Source: Antedon mediterranea (lineage: Eukaryota > Animalia > Echinodermata). From it: a DNA stretch of 64,000 bases. Position numbers and translations under genes: made by a program. The notes under the pieces are model-generated. The model made no database searches, had not been told where the DNA came from, and saw only the letters and a list, made by a program, of their open reading frames with translations. Position 1 is the stretch's first letter, and each line of letters starts with the position of its first letter. Positions 37,571-50,472 of this stretch are shown in pieces. The stretch covers positions 23,945,237 through 24,009,236 of the forward strand of contig NC_092672.1 of the NCBI RefSeq assembly GCF_964355755.1. The letters are read 5' to 3'.

Positions 37571-38755
37571 ACACAAGTTTCTTTTTATCATTAAGTATCT
37601 ACCACTAGTATTCAACTAACTCATAATATTATTATCATGTTTTAATATCTGTGAAAAGAAGCTGTGTATTTATTAATGCAGTTTACTTTAATATAAAAAT
37701 ATTTTTATTTGAATTGAAACATTATACATTGTTTTTTCGTTTTCTTTCAGTTTAGCAATACAATGTTTCTCCATAGATCGCTGGTTCAACTTTGTGCACA
37801 AAATGGTCTTGAGGTAGGCAAGTTTACACTGTTTTAGGATGATAGCATTCAACCAGCAACAATTATAGCAATGCTATCACATTAACAACTTAATAAGTTG
37901 GTCTATTAGCTTATGATCTGGAAACAAAAGAGAACTAAAACAAGTAACTAAATAAATTAAATTGTGACAACAAATTACAGTATTACAATGAACAAAATAA
38001 TCACTGTAGTGCTTCTATGCTGTTGGCTCATTTGATGTGATTGTTTTGATTTAATTATTTGACCAGCATAATACATCAACACATTAACATACAATACAAC
38101 ATAGAGATGAAAAAAGCTAGTCAGGGGCAGCTTAAGAAAAATACATTGCTGTAAATCAACAAGTCAGCTACCCCTCATATAAAATTAAATTTAAAAAAAA
38201 TAATTAAATACAAATTTTATTAAAATTTTTCTATAAAAATATGTCTACAAATAATGCAAATACAAAATTTAAGACAAGAAGAAAAAAAACTTATTTATTT
38301 GGGCAATCTAATATTATTATAATGATAATATTATAATATAATGGCTGTAATTTAATACAACATTGAATGTATGTTATTGTCTATGTTTACTATAGTATAT
38401 GTATTTTAATGAAAAATGTAACTGAATGCATATTGATCTATATGTTTAATTTCATAGATTGCAGAGCAAAAAACTGCTGAAGAAATTTGCCATTTCATTG
38501 TTAGCAACAATGCTGTCAATATCCAAGGCCAGGTATACATCAATTTGTTTTCCTTTGTAATGAATTTTATATACAACGTTAAATTACTTGACACAAATTA
38601 AAGTACATCAATACTAATTTGTTTTTAAGATCTTTTATAATTGTTCTCTGGTTGCATATTTGCAGTTAACGTTCACACTGATTGTTAAAAGCATTTTTTT
38701 TTTTCTTCAACATAATTCTTTCACTTCTTTCTTCTTCAGTTTTTAGTGTTAAAAA

Positions 38756-39368
38756 GTATATTGTGTGTTTATATCTTATCTTAGCTGTATGTTAGATGGT
38801 TTGTATATTGTGTGTTTATATCTTATCTTAGCTGTATGTTAGATGGTTTGTATATTGTGTGTTTATATCTTATATTAGCTGTATGTTAGATGGTTTGTAT
38901 ATTGTGTGTTTATATCTTATCTTAGCTGTATGTTAGATGGTTTGTATATTGTGTGTTTATATCTTATCTTAGCTGTATGTTAGATGGTTTGTATATTGTG
39001 TGTTTACATCTTATCTTAGCTGTATGTTAGATGGTTTGTATATTGTGTGTTTATATCTTATCTTAGCTGTATGTTAGATGGTTTGTATATTGTGTGTTTA
39101 TATCTTATCTTAGCTGTATGTTAGATGGTTTGTATATTGTGTGTTTATATCTTATCTTAGCTGTATGTTAGATGGTTTGTATATTGTGTGTTTATATCTT
39201 ATCTTAGCTGTATGTTAGATGGTTTGTATATTGTGTGTTTACATCTTATCTTAGCTGTATGTTAGATGGTTTGTATATTGTGTGTTTATATCTTATCTTA
39301 GCTGTATGTTAGATGGTTTGTATATTGTGTGTTTATATCTTATCTTAGCTGTATGTTAGATGGTTTGT
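38756..39368. repeat. 47-bp minisatellite x13
   Basis: Unit gtatattgtgtgtttatatcttatcttagctgtatgttagatggttt; copies nearly identical. Confidence 0.97.
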
Positions 39369-40399
39369 CAATATAATTTAGTACATTAGTCTTTCAGTAC
39401 AATTTGCTTAGACAATTTGATTGGCTAATACCGGATTTGAATAATGGCTTGGTAACCAAATCCTCTGTAATTGTAATTAATTTCAGAATCTGAACAATGA
39501 TATAATTATTCATCTGTTAATAATATAATAATAATCTGATAACTAAAACAAACTTTTATTAACATCATACTAGAGTAGTAGAAATATATACTTTTCATTT
39601 ATTAAACTTTATCACTGAAAGAAAAATACAAGGCACAACACAGTGAAAAAAAGTTATGAACAGGTGACAAGCACTTCTATACACACTGGACCCCTTGTAC
39701 AAATAACAAAACATAAAAACACAAACATTTAAGATATAAAAAAAGCTGAAATGATACTATTTTCAGTTTCATATACAAAGCTCAACATTTAAGACCTGAC
39801 CACAACAAGCATAATGTAGGTACACATCTAATTGGTGACAGTGGCTTGGCTGCTCTGTGCTTTCCTGGCAGCTAGTGACTATGATTTTATATTTTCTTCT
39901 TGCGTCGTGTTTGTTTAACTTTTTGATTTGTATTATATTTTGTAAAATGTATCTTTTGCTTGAATAAATAATAATAAATAATATAATACCTACAATGGGA
40001 AAAGATAATACCCATGTGCATGTAATGTCAGGGTCAAAGTTATTTAACAATTATTCTCTTGTAAAGTTTACATATAGTTTAATGAATTGTGGAATATTAT
40101 TCGATCTGATACAAAACGTTAGTAGATTCCAAATGGGAATAATCCTTTGAAAAAAATGATTAATTTAGGGGATTTAGCTTTACACTTCACATACTTCTTA
40201 TTTAATGTTACCATTTAAGTTATTGTAAATGTATGCTTCTTTTATTTCTTGATAAATATAAATATTTCTAAATAAATGTTGAAAGAAACTAATAAAGAGA
40301 CATAAGAACAAACAGATTCAGTTCTGGTAACCCTAGTAAAATTATACAAAATTATCAAGATGAATATCATAGATGTACGCTCCTTGGGGACAGACAAGA

Positions 40400-40970
40400 C
40401 ATAATAAGAAGAAAACAACTAGCTGTACAACTCACTAGTTAAAAGTATATTACTCTACAAATCTAAAACATGGGAATTCACAAAAGAAGAAGCACATAAA
40501 CTCGACACATTTCACAGACAGCAACTTCGCAAAATCATAGGTATCAGGTTCCCAGACAGGATATCGAACATAAATTTATACAGAAGGACAGGAACAAAAC
40601 CGATTTCATTATAAATAATCGACGCAAGATGGAGACTATTGGGTCACATACTTAGACAAGACCCATGTACACCAGCCAACACAGCAATAAGCTATTATTT
40701 CAGCAAACCTACCAATATAAAATTTCGAGGAAGACCGAGAACCACCCTACCAATAACTCTCAGCAACGACCTACTCACCCTTTATAAGCATAATACAGAC
40801 ATTAAGTATCCCGGACAATTGAAAACCAAAAAAGACATGAATCAACTTAAAGAACTAGCCAATGAAAGATCAGACTGGAAGAAACTAGTAAAAGAGATTT
40901 ACGGAGCAGCCCAAGCGGAAACGTCGCCAGACTTTTCAGCGGAAAGGCAGTAATAATAATAATAATATAA
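40400..40970 (+). mobile_element. RTE-clade LINE 3' fragment with (TAA)n tail
   Basis: Reads LYNSLVKSILLY..TW...KLDTFHRQQLRKIIGIRFPDRISN..LY...RWRLLGHILR..PAN...RGRPRTTL. The stop at 40951-40953 runs directly into taataataat. Confidence 0.88.
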
Positions 40971-41660
40971 TTACACTGTCAACAATTGTGATGTACAAAA
41001 TAAAAATGCCTACACACAAAACACACACTAATAAATAGTAGTACGGCTATTACAAGTTGGAGTGGTGTAATTGAATAGTGAAAACCTGTCTTATTAACAG
41101 CTACCAACACAATTTGAAATTTAAAATAAATTTTATAGTTTTATATTATAATTGTACTGTAAAATATTCTTATAAATAAAATTGTTTAAAACATGTAGAT
41201 AGCCTTTCTTTACACAATAGTTTGCATTCAATCCAACTATTTCAAAATAAAATTGATTATACTGTAAATGATATAGTTAGTATAATCTGTTTTATAGTTT
41301 AGAATTCAAGTATACATTGAACATAAGAATAGTTTACACAAAACAATACATTTTACAATACATTTTACAATGCTTTGTAGAAATAATCATTTAAAATTGA
41401 TTGTTGTTATTAGAAAACTTATTTTCAACATTGAAAAAAATATTAACTTTATTAAATTAAGGATATTTATAAGATTATTAGTCTAAAAAATGTTGAGTTT
41501 TAATTTAATTTTGTTTGCATGGTCACTCACTATGCTATAAGATCATAGAGGTAATAATTGCATTTAACTTAATTGTGGAATAGCTTTGTGTCACATAATA
41601 CAACTATTCTATTGATCAGGTTTTTCAGTCACATACTATCTGATTAAAATGAATTTATGA

Positions 41661-44600
41661 TGTACTTAATAACAATGTCACCATACAGTAGCTTGATTTG
41701 TTTCCTAATGATTCCTCTACAGTACTGTACTTAATAACAATGTCACCATACAGTAGCTTGATTTGTTTCCTAATGATTCCTCTACTGTACTGTTCTTAAT
41801 AACAATGTCACTATACAGTAGCTTGATTTGTTTCTTAATGATTCCTCTACAGTACTGTACTTAATAACAATGTCACCATATAGTAGCTTATTTTGTTTCT
41901 TTATGATTCCTCTACAGTACTGTACTTAATAACAATGTCACCATACAGTAGCTTGATTTGTTTCCTAATGATTCCTCTACAGTACTGTACTTAATAACAA
42001 TGTCACCATACAGTAGCTTGATTTGTTTCCTAATGATTCCTCTACAGTACTGTACTTAATAACAATGTCACCATACAGTAGCTTGATTTGTTTCATAATG
42101 ATTCCTCTACAGTACTGTACTTAATAACAATATCACCATACAGTAGCTTGATTTGTTTATTAATGATTCCTCTACAGTACTGTACTTAATAACAATGTCA
42201 CTATACAGTAGCTTAATTTGTTTCATAATGATTCCTCTACAGTACTGTACTTAATAACAATGTCACCATACAGTAGCTTAATTTGTTTCTTTATGATTCC
42301 TCTACAGTACTGTACTTAATAACAATGTCACTATACAGTAGCTTGATTTGTTTCTTAATGATTCCTCTACAGTACTGTACTTAATAAAAATGTCACTATA
42401 CAGTAGCTTGATTTGTTTCCTAATGATTCCTCTACAGTACTGTACTTAATAACAATGTCACCATACAGTAGCTTAATTTGCTTCTTAATGATTCCTCTAC
42501 AGTACTGTACTTAATAACAATGTCACCATACAGTAGCTTAATTTGTTTCTTAATGATTCCTCTACAGTACTGTACTTAATAACAATGTCACTATACAGTA
42601 GCTTGATTTGTTTCTTAATGATTCCTCTACAGTACTCTACTTAATAACAATGTCACCATACAGTAGCTTGATTTGTTTCATAATGATTCCTCTGCAGTAC
42701 TGTACTTAATAACAATGTCACTATACAGTAGCTTGATTTGTTTCTTAATGATTCCTCTACAGTACTGTACTTACTAACAATGTCACCATATAGTAGCTTA
42801 TTTTGTTTCTTTATGATTCCTCTACAGTACTGTACTTAATAACAATGTCACCATACAGTAGCTTGATTTGTTTCCTAATGATTCCTCTACAGTACTGTAC
42901 TTAATAACAATGTCACCATACAGTAGCTTGATTTGTTTCCTAATGATTCCTCTACAGTACTGTTCTTAATAACAATGTCACTATACAGTAGCTTGATTTG
43001 TTTCTTAATGATTCCTCTACAGTACTGTACTTAATAACAATGTCACCATACAGTAGCTTGATTTGTTTCTTAATGATTCCTCTACAGTACTGTACTTAAT
43101 AACAATGTCACTATACAGTAGCTTAATTTGTTTCATAATGATTCCTCTACAGTACTGTACTTAATAACAATGTTACTATACAGTAGCTTGATTTGTTTCT
43201 TAATGATTCCTCTACAGTACTGTACTTAATAACTATGTCACCATATAGTAGCTTGATTTGTTTCTTAATGATTCCTCTACAGTACTGTACTTAATAACAA
43301 TGTCACCATACACTAGCTTGATTTGTTTCTTAATGATTCCTCTACAGTACTGTACTTAATAACAATGTCACCATACACCATCTCTTGTAGAGAGAAGAAA
43401 CAAACTTGTGTTGTCTTTCGGGGAAGGCTTATTAAAATCCGAGCTGTTTAGAGAAATACTTCCCCCTCTTCATAAGCCAGCTCGGTCTCTCAGAGTCAAC
43501 CGCTTTCTAGAAGTACCTCATTGTAAAACCAGCAGACTTAGGTCGTCTCCAGTTCCCACCATGGTGGATATAATTAATAGGCACCACTAGCTCTTTTTTA
43601 GATATGTAATAAGTGAATGTTTTAAGGTTTTTTATTCATGTATGTTTTTAATTGTATGGTACGATATCTAATTTTATTAAGATGTTTCTATTTTTATAGC
43701 AATTTTAACTAATTTTTAGTCATTTGTAATACATTTCATTTCAGTCCTTGACTGTCGTTTTGTAATATATTTTTATATACCGAATAAATAAATAAATAAA
43801 AAAATACAGTAGCTTGATTTGTTTCTTAATGATTCCTCTACAGTACTGTACTTAATAACAATGTCACTATACAGTAGCTTGATTTGTTTCTTAATGATTC
43901 CTCTACAGTACTGTACTTAATAACAATGTCACCATACAGAAGCTTGATTTGTTTTTTAATGATTCCTCTACAGTACTGTACTTAATAAAAATGTCACCAT
44001 ACAGTAGCTTGATTTGTTTCTTTATGATTCCTCTACAGTACTGTACTTAATAACAATGTCACCATACACTAGCTTGATTTGTTTCTTAATGATTCCTCTA
44101 CAGTACTGTACTTAATAACAATGTCACTATACAGTAGCTTAATTTGTTTCTTAATGATTCCTCTACAGTACTGTACTTAATAACAATGTCACTATACAGT
44201 AGCTTGATTTGTTTCTTAATGATTCCTCTACAGTACTGTACTTAATAACAATGTCACTATACAGTAGCTTGATTTGTTTCTTAATGATTCCTCTACAGTA
44301 CTGTACTTAAGAACAATGTCACTATACAGTAGCTTGATTTGTTTCGTAATGATTCCTCTACAGTACTGTACTTAATAACAATGTCACCATACAGTAGCTT
44401 GATTTGTTTCTTAATGATTCCTCTACAGTATTGTACTTAATAACAATGTAACCATACAGAAGCTTGATTTGTTTCTTAATGATTCCTCTACAGTACTGTA
44501 CTTAATAACAATGTCACTATACAGTAGCTTGATTTGTTTCTTAATGATTCCTCTACATTACTGTACTTAATAACAATATCACCATATAGTAGCTTGATTT

Positions 44601-47600
44601 GTTTCTTAATGATTCCTCAACAGTACTGTTCTTAATAACAATGTCACCATACACTAGCTTGATTTGTTTCTTAATGATTCCTTTACAGTACTGTACTTAA
44701 TAACAATGTCACCATGCAGTAGCTTGATTTGTTTCTTTAATGATTCCTCTACAGTACTGTACTTAATAACAATGTCACCATACAGTAGCTTGATTTGTTT
44801 CTTTAATGATTCCTCTACAGTACTGTACTTAATAACAATGTCACCATACAGTAGCTTGATTTGTTTCTTAATGATTCCTCTACAGTACTGTACTTAATAA
44901 CAATGTCACTATACAGTAGCTTAATTTGTTTCTTAATGATTCCTCTACAGTACTGTACTTAATAACAATGTGACCATACAGTAGCTTGATTTGTTTCTTT
45001 ATGATTCCTCTACAGTACTGTACTTAATAACAATGTCACCATACAGTAGCTTGATTTGTTTCTTTAATGATTCCTCTACAGTACTGTACTTAATAACAAT
45101 GTCACCATACAGTAGCTTGATTTGTTTCTTAATGATTCCTCTACAGTACTGTACTTAATAACAATGTCACTATACAGTAGCTTGGTTTATTTCTTAATGA
45201 TTCCTCTACAGTACTGTACCTAATAACAATGTCACCATACAGTAGCTTGATTTGTTTCTTTAATGATTCCTCTACAGTACTGTACTTAATAACAATGTCA
45301 CCATACAGTAGCTTGATTTGTTTCTTAATGATTCTTCTACAGTACTGTACTTAATAACAATGTCACTATACAGTAGCTTGATTTGTTTCTTAATGATTCC
45401 TCTACAGTACTGTACTTAATAACAATGTCACCATACAGTAGCTTGATTTGTTTCTTAATGATTCCTCTACAGTACTGTACTTCATAACAATGTCACCATA
45501 CAGTAGCTTGATTTGTTTCTTAATGATTCCTCTACAGTACTGTACTTAATAACAATGTCACCATACAGTAGCTTGATTTGTTTCTTTAATGATTCCTCTA
45601 CAGTACTGTACTTAATAACAATGTCACCATACAGTAGCTTGATTTGTTTCTTAATGATTCCTCTACAGTACTGTACTTAATAACAATGTCACTATACAGT
45701 AGCTTGATTTGTTTCTTAATGATTCCTCTACAGTACTGTACTTAATAACAATGTCACCATACAGTAGCTTGATTTGTTTCTTTAATGATTCCTCTACAGT
45801 ACTGTACTTAATAACAATGTCACCATACAGTAGCTTGATTTGTTTCTTAATGATTCCTCTACAGTACTGTACTTAATAACAATGTCACCATACACTAGCT
45901 TGATTTGTTTCTTAATGATTCCTCTACAGTACTGTACTTAATAACAATGTCACCATACAGTAGCTTGATTTGTTTCTTAATGATTCCTCTACAGTACTGT
46001 ACTAATAACAATGTCACTATACAGTAGCTTGATTTGTTTCTTTAATGATTCCTCAACAGTACTGTACTTAATAACAATGTCACCATACAGTAGCTTGATT
46101 TGTTTCTTTAATGATTCCTCTACAGTACTGTACTTAATAACAATGTCACCATAATTATAGTAGCTTGATTTATTTCTTTAATGATTCCTCTAAAGTACTG
46201 TACTTAATAACAATGTCGCCATACAGTAGCTTGATTTGTTTCTTTAATGATTCCTCTACAGTATTGTACTTAATAACAATGTCACCACAGTAGCTTGATT
46301 TGTTTCTTTATGATTCCTCTACAGTACTGTACTTAATAACAATGTCACCATACAGTAGCAGTAGCTTGATTTGTTTCTTAATGATTCCTCTACAGTACTG
46401 TACTTAATAACAATGTCACCATACAGTAGCTTGATTTGTTTCTTAATGATTCCTCTACAGTACTGTACTTAATAACAATGTCACTATACAGTAGCTTGAT
46501 TTGTTTCCTAATGATTCCTCTACAGTACTGTACTTAATAACAATGTCACCATATAGTAGCTTGATTTGTTTCTTAATGATTCCTCTACAGTACTGTTCTT
46601 AATAACAATGTCACCATACACTAGCTTGATTTGTTTCTTAATGATTCCTTTACAGTACTGTACTTAATAACAATGTCACCATACAGTAGCTTGATTTGTT
46701 TCTTAATGATTCCTCTACAGTACTGTACTTAATAACAATGTCACCATACAGTAGCTTGATTTGTTTCTTAATGATTCCTCTACAGTACTGTACTTAATAA
46801 CAATGTCACTATACAGTAGCTTGATTTGTTTCTTAATGATTCCTCTACAGTACTGTACTTAATAACAATGTCACCATACAGTAGCTTGATTTGTTTCTTT
46901 AATGATTCCTCTACAGTACTGTACTTAATAACAATGTCACCATACAGTAGCTTGATTTGTTTCTTAATTATTCCTCTACAGTACTGTACTTAATAACAAT
47001 GTCACCATACAGTAGCTTGATTTGTTTCTTAATGATTCCTCTACAGTACTGTACTTAATAACAATGTCACTATACAGTAGCTTTATTTGTTTCTTTAATG
47101 ATTCCTCTACAGTACTGTACTTAATAACAATATCACTAAACAGTAGCTTGATTTGTTTCTTAATGATTCCTCTACAGTACTGTACTTAATAACAATGTCA
47201 CCATACAGTAGCTTGATTTGTTTCTTTAATGATTCCTCTACAGTACTGTACTTAATAACAATGTCACCATACAGTAGCTTGATTTGTTTCTTTAATGATT
47301 CCTCTACAGTACTGTACTTAATAACAATGTCACCACAGTAGCTTGATTTGTTTCTTAATGATTCCTCTACAGTACTGTACTTAATAACAATGTCACTATA
47401 CAGTAGCTTGATTTGTTTCTTTAATGATTCCTCAACAGTACTGTACTTAATAACAATGTCACCATACAGTAGCTTGATTTGTTTCTTTAATGATTCCTCT
47501 ACAGTACTGTACTTAATAACAATGTCACCATAATTATAGTAGCTTGATTTGTTTCTTTAATGATTCCTCTAAAGTACTGTACTTAATAACAATGTCGCCA

Positions 47601-50472
47601 TACAGTAGCTTGATTTGTTTCTTTAATGATTCCTCTACAGTATTGTACTTAATAACAATGTCACCACAGTAGCTTGATTTGTTTCTTTATGATTCCTCTA
47701 CAGTACTGTACTTAATAACAATGTCACCATGCAGTAGCTTGATTTGTTTCTTTAATGATTCCTCTACAGTACTGTACTTAATAACAATGTCACCATACAG
47801 TAGCTTGATTTGTTTCTTAATGATTCCTCTACAGTACTGTACTTAATAACAATGTCACTATACAGTAGCTTGATTTGTTTCTTAATGATTCCTCTACAGT
47901 ACTGTACTTAATAACAATGTCACCATATAGTAGGTTGATTTGTTTCTTAATGATTCCTCTACAGTACTGTTCTTAATAACAATGTCACCATACACTAGCT
48001 TGATTTGTTTCTTAATGATTCCTTTACAGTACTGTACTTAATAACAATGTCAGCATACAGTAGCTTGATTTGTTTCTTAATGATTCCTCTACAGTACTGT
48101 ACTTAATAACAATGTCACCATACAGTAGCTTGATTTGTTTCTTAATGATTCCTCTACAGTACTGTACTTAATAACAATGTCACTATACAGTAGCTTGATT
48201 TGTTTCTTAATGATTCCTCTACAGTACTGTACTTAATAACAATGTCACCATACAGTAGCTTGATTTGTTTCTTTAATGATTCCTCTACAGTACTGTACTT
48301 AATAACAATGTCACCATACAGTAGCTTGATTTGTTTCTTAATTATTCCTCTACAGTACTGTACTTAATAACAATGTCACCATACAGTAGCTTGATTTGTT
48401 TCTTAATGATTCCTCTACAGTACTGTACTTAATAACAATGTCACTATACAGTAGCTTTATTTGTTTCTTTAATGATTCCTCTACAGTACTGTACTTAATA
48501 ACAATATCACTATACAGTAGCTTGATTTGTTTCTTAATGATTCCTCTACAGTACTGTACTTAATAACAATGTCACCATACAGTAGCTTGATTTGTTTCTT
48601 TAATGATTCCTCTACAGTACTGTACTTAATAACAATGTCACCATACAGTAGCTTGATTTGTTTCTTTAATGATTCCTCTACAGTACTGTACTTAATAACA
48701 ATGTCACCACAGTAGCTTGATTTGTTTCTTAATGATTCCTCTACAGTACTGTACTTAATAACAATGTCACTATACAGTAGCTTGATTTGTTTCTTTAATG
48801 ATTCCTCAACAGTACTGTACTTAATAACAATGTCACCATACAGTAGCTTGATTTGTTTCTTTAATGATTCCTCTACAGTACTGTACTTAATAACAATGTC
48901 ACCATAATTATAGTAGCTTGATTTGTTTCTTTAATGATTCCTCTAAAGTACTGTACTTAATAACAATGTCGCCATACAGTAGCTTGATTTGTTTCTTTAA
49001 TGATTCCTCTACAGTATTGTACTTAATAACAATGTCACCACAGTAGCTTGATTTGTTTCTTTATGATTCCTCTACAGTACTGTACTTAATAACAATGTCA
49101 CCATACAGTAGCAGTAGCTTGATTTGTTTCTTAATGATTCCTCTACAGTACTGTACTTAATAACAATGTCACTATACAGGAGCTTGATTTGTTTCTTAAT
49201 GATTCCTCTACAGTACTGTACTTAATAACAATGTCACCATATAGTAGCTTGATTTGTTTCTTAATGATTCCTCTACAGTACTGTTCTTAATAACAATGTC
49301 ACCATACACTAGCTTGATTTGTTTCTTAATGATTCCTTTACAGTACTGTACTTAATAACAATGTCACCATACAGTAGCTTAATTTGTTTCCGAATGATTG
49401 CTCTACAGTACTGTACTTAATAACAATGTCACTATACAGTAGCTTGATTTGTTTCTTAATGATTCCTCTACAGTACTGTACTTAATAACAATGTCACCTA
49501 ACAGTAGCTTGATTTGTTTCTTAATGATTCCTCTACAGTACTGTACTTAATAACAATGTCACCATACAGTAGCTTGATTTGTTTCTTAATGATTCCTCTA
49601 CAGTATTGTACTTAATAACAATGTCACCATACACTAGCTTGATTTGTTTCTTAATGATTCCTCTACAGTACTGTACTTAATAACAATGTCACCATACACT
49701 AGCTTGATTTGTTTCTTAATGATTCCTTACAGTACTGTACTTAATAACAATGTCACCATACAGTAGCTTGATTTGTTTCTTAATGATTCTTCTACAGTAC
49801 TGTACTTAATAACAATGTCACCATATAGTAGCTTGATTTGTTTCTTAATGATTCCTCTACAGTACTGTACTTAATAACAATGTCACTATACAGTAGCTTG
49901 ATTTGTTTCTTAATGATTCCTCTACAGTACTGTACTTAATAACAATGTCACCATACAGTAGCTTGATTTGTTTCTTTAAGGATTCCTCTACAGTACTGTA
50001 CTTAATAACAATGTCACCATACAGTAGCTTGATTTGTTTCTTAATTATTCCTCTACAGTACTGTACTTAATAACAATGTCACCATACAGTAGCTTGATTT
50101 GTTTCTTAAAGATTCCTCTACAGTACTGTACTTAATAACAATGTCACTATACAGTAGCTTTATTTGTTTCTTTAATGATTCCTCTACAGTACTGTACTTA
50201 ATAACAATGTCACCATACAGTAGCTTGATTTGTTTCTTTAATGATTCCTCTACAGTACTGTACTTAATAACAATGTCACCATACAGTAGCTTGATTTGTT
50301 TCTTTAATGATTCCTCTACAGTACTGTACTTAATAACAATGTCACCACAGTAGCTTGATTTGTTTCTTAATGATTCCTCTACAGTACTGTACTTAATAAC
50401 AATGTCACTATACAGTAGCTAAGTAATTTGTTTCTTAATGATTCCTCTACAGTACTGTACTTAATAACAATG
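41661..50472. repeat. 65/66-bp tandem satellite, roughly 128 copies
   Basis: Unit tgtacttaataacaatgtcaccatacagtagcttgatttgtttcttaatgattcctctacagtac; starts at 41661 and 41726. Interrupted at 43378-43803. Confidence 0.98.
43378..43803 (+). mobile_element. CR1-like LINE 3' fragment inserted in the satellite
   Basis: Open frame PSLVERRNKL...ILPP...RSLR...PHCKTSRLRSSPVPTMVDIIN*, followed by a T-rich UTR and an (aata)n tail. Flanked by ataca at 43373-43377 and 43804-43808. Confidence 0.85.

Noticed and set aside
38060-39720. Possible minus-strand LINE 3' tails near 38110-38180 and 39590-39720
   Set aside because: Only compositional hints and weak stems; no coding remnant.
44664-50353. Six MFLNDSSTVLYL-type ORFs
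   Set aside because: They arise where 66-bp monomers happen to be adjacent in the satellite.
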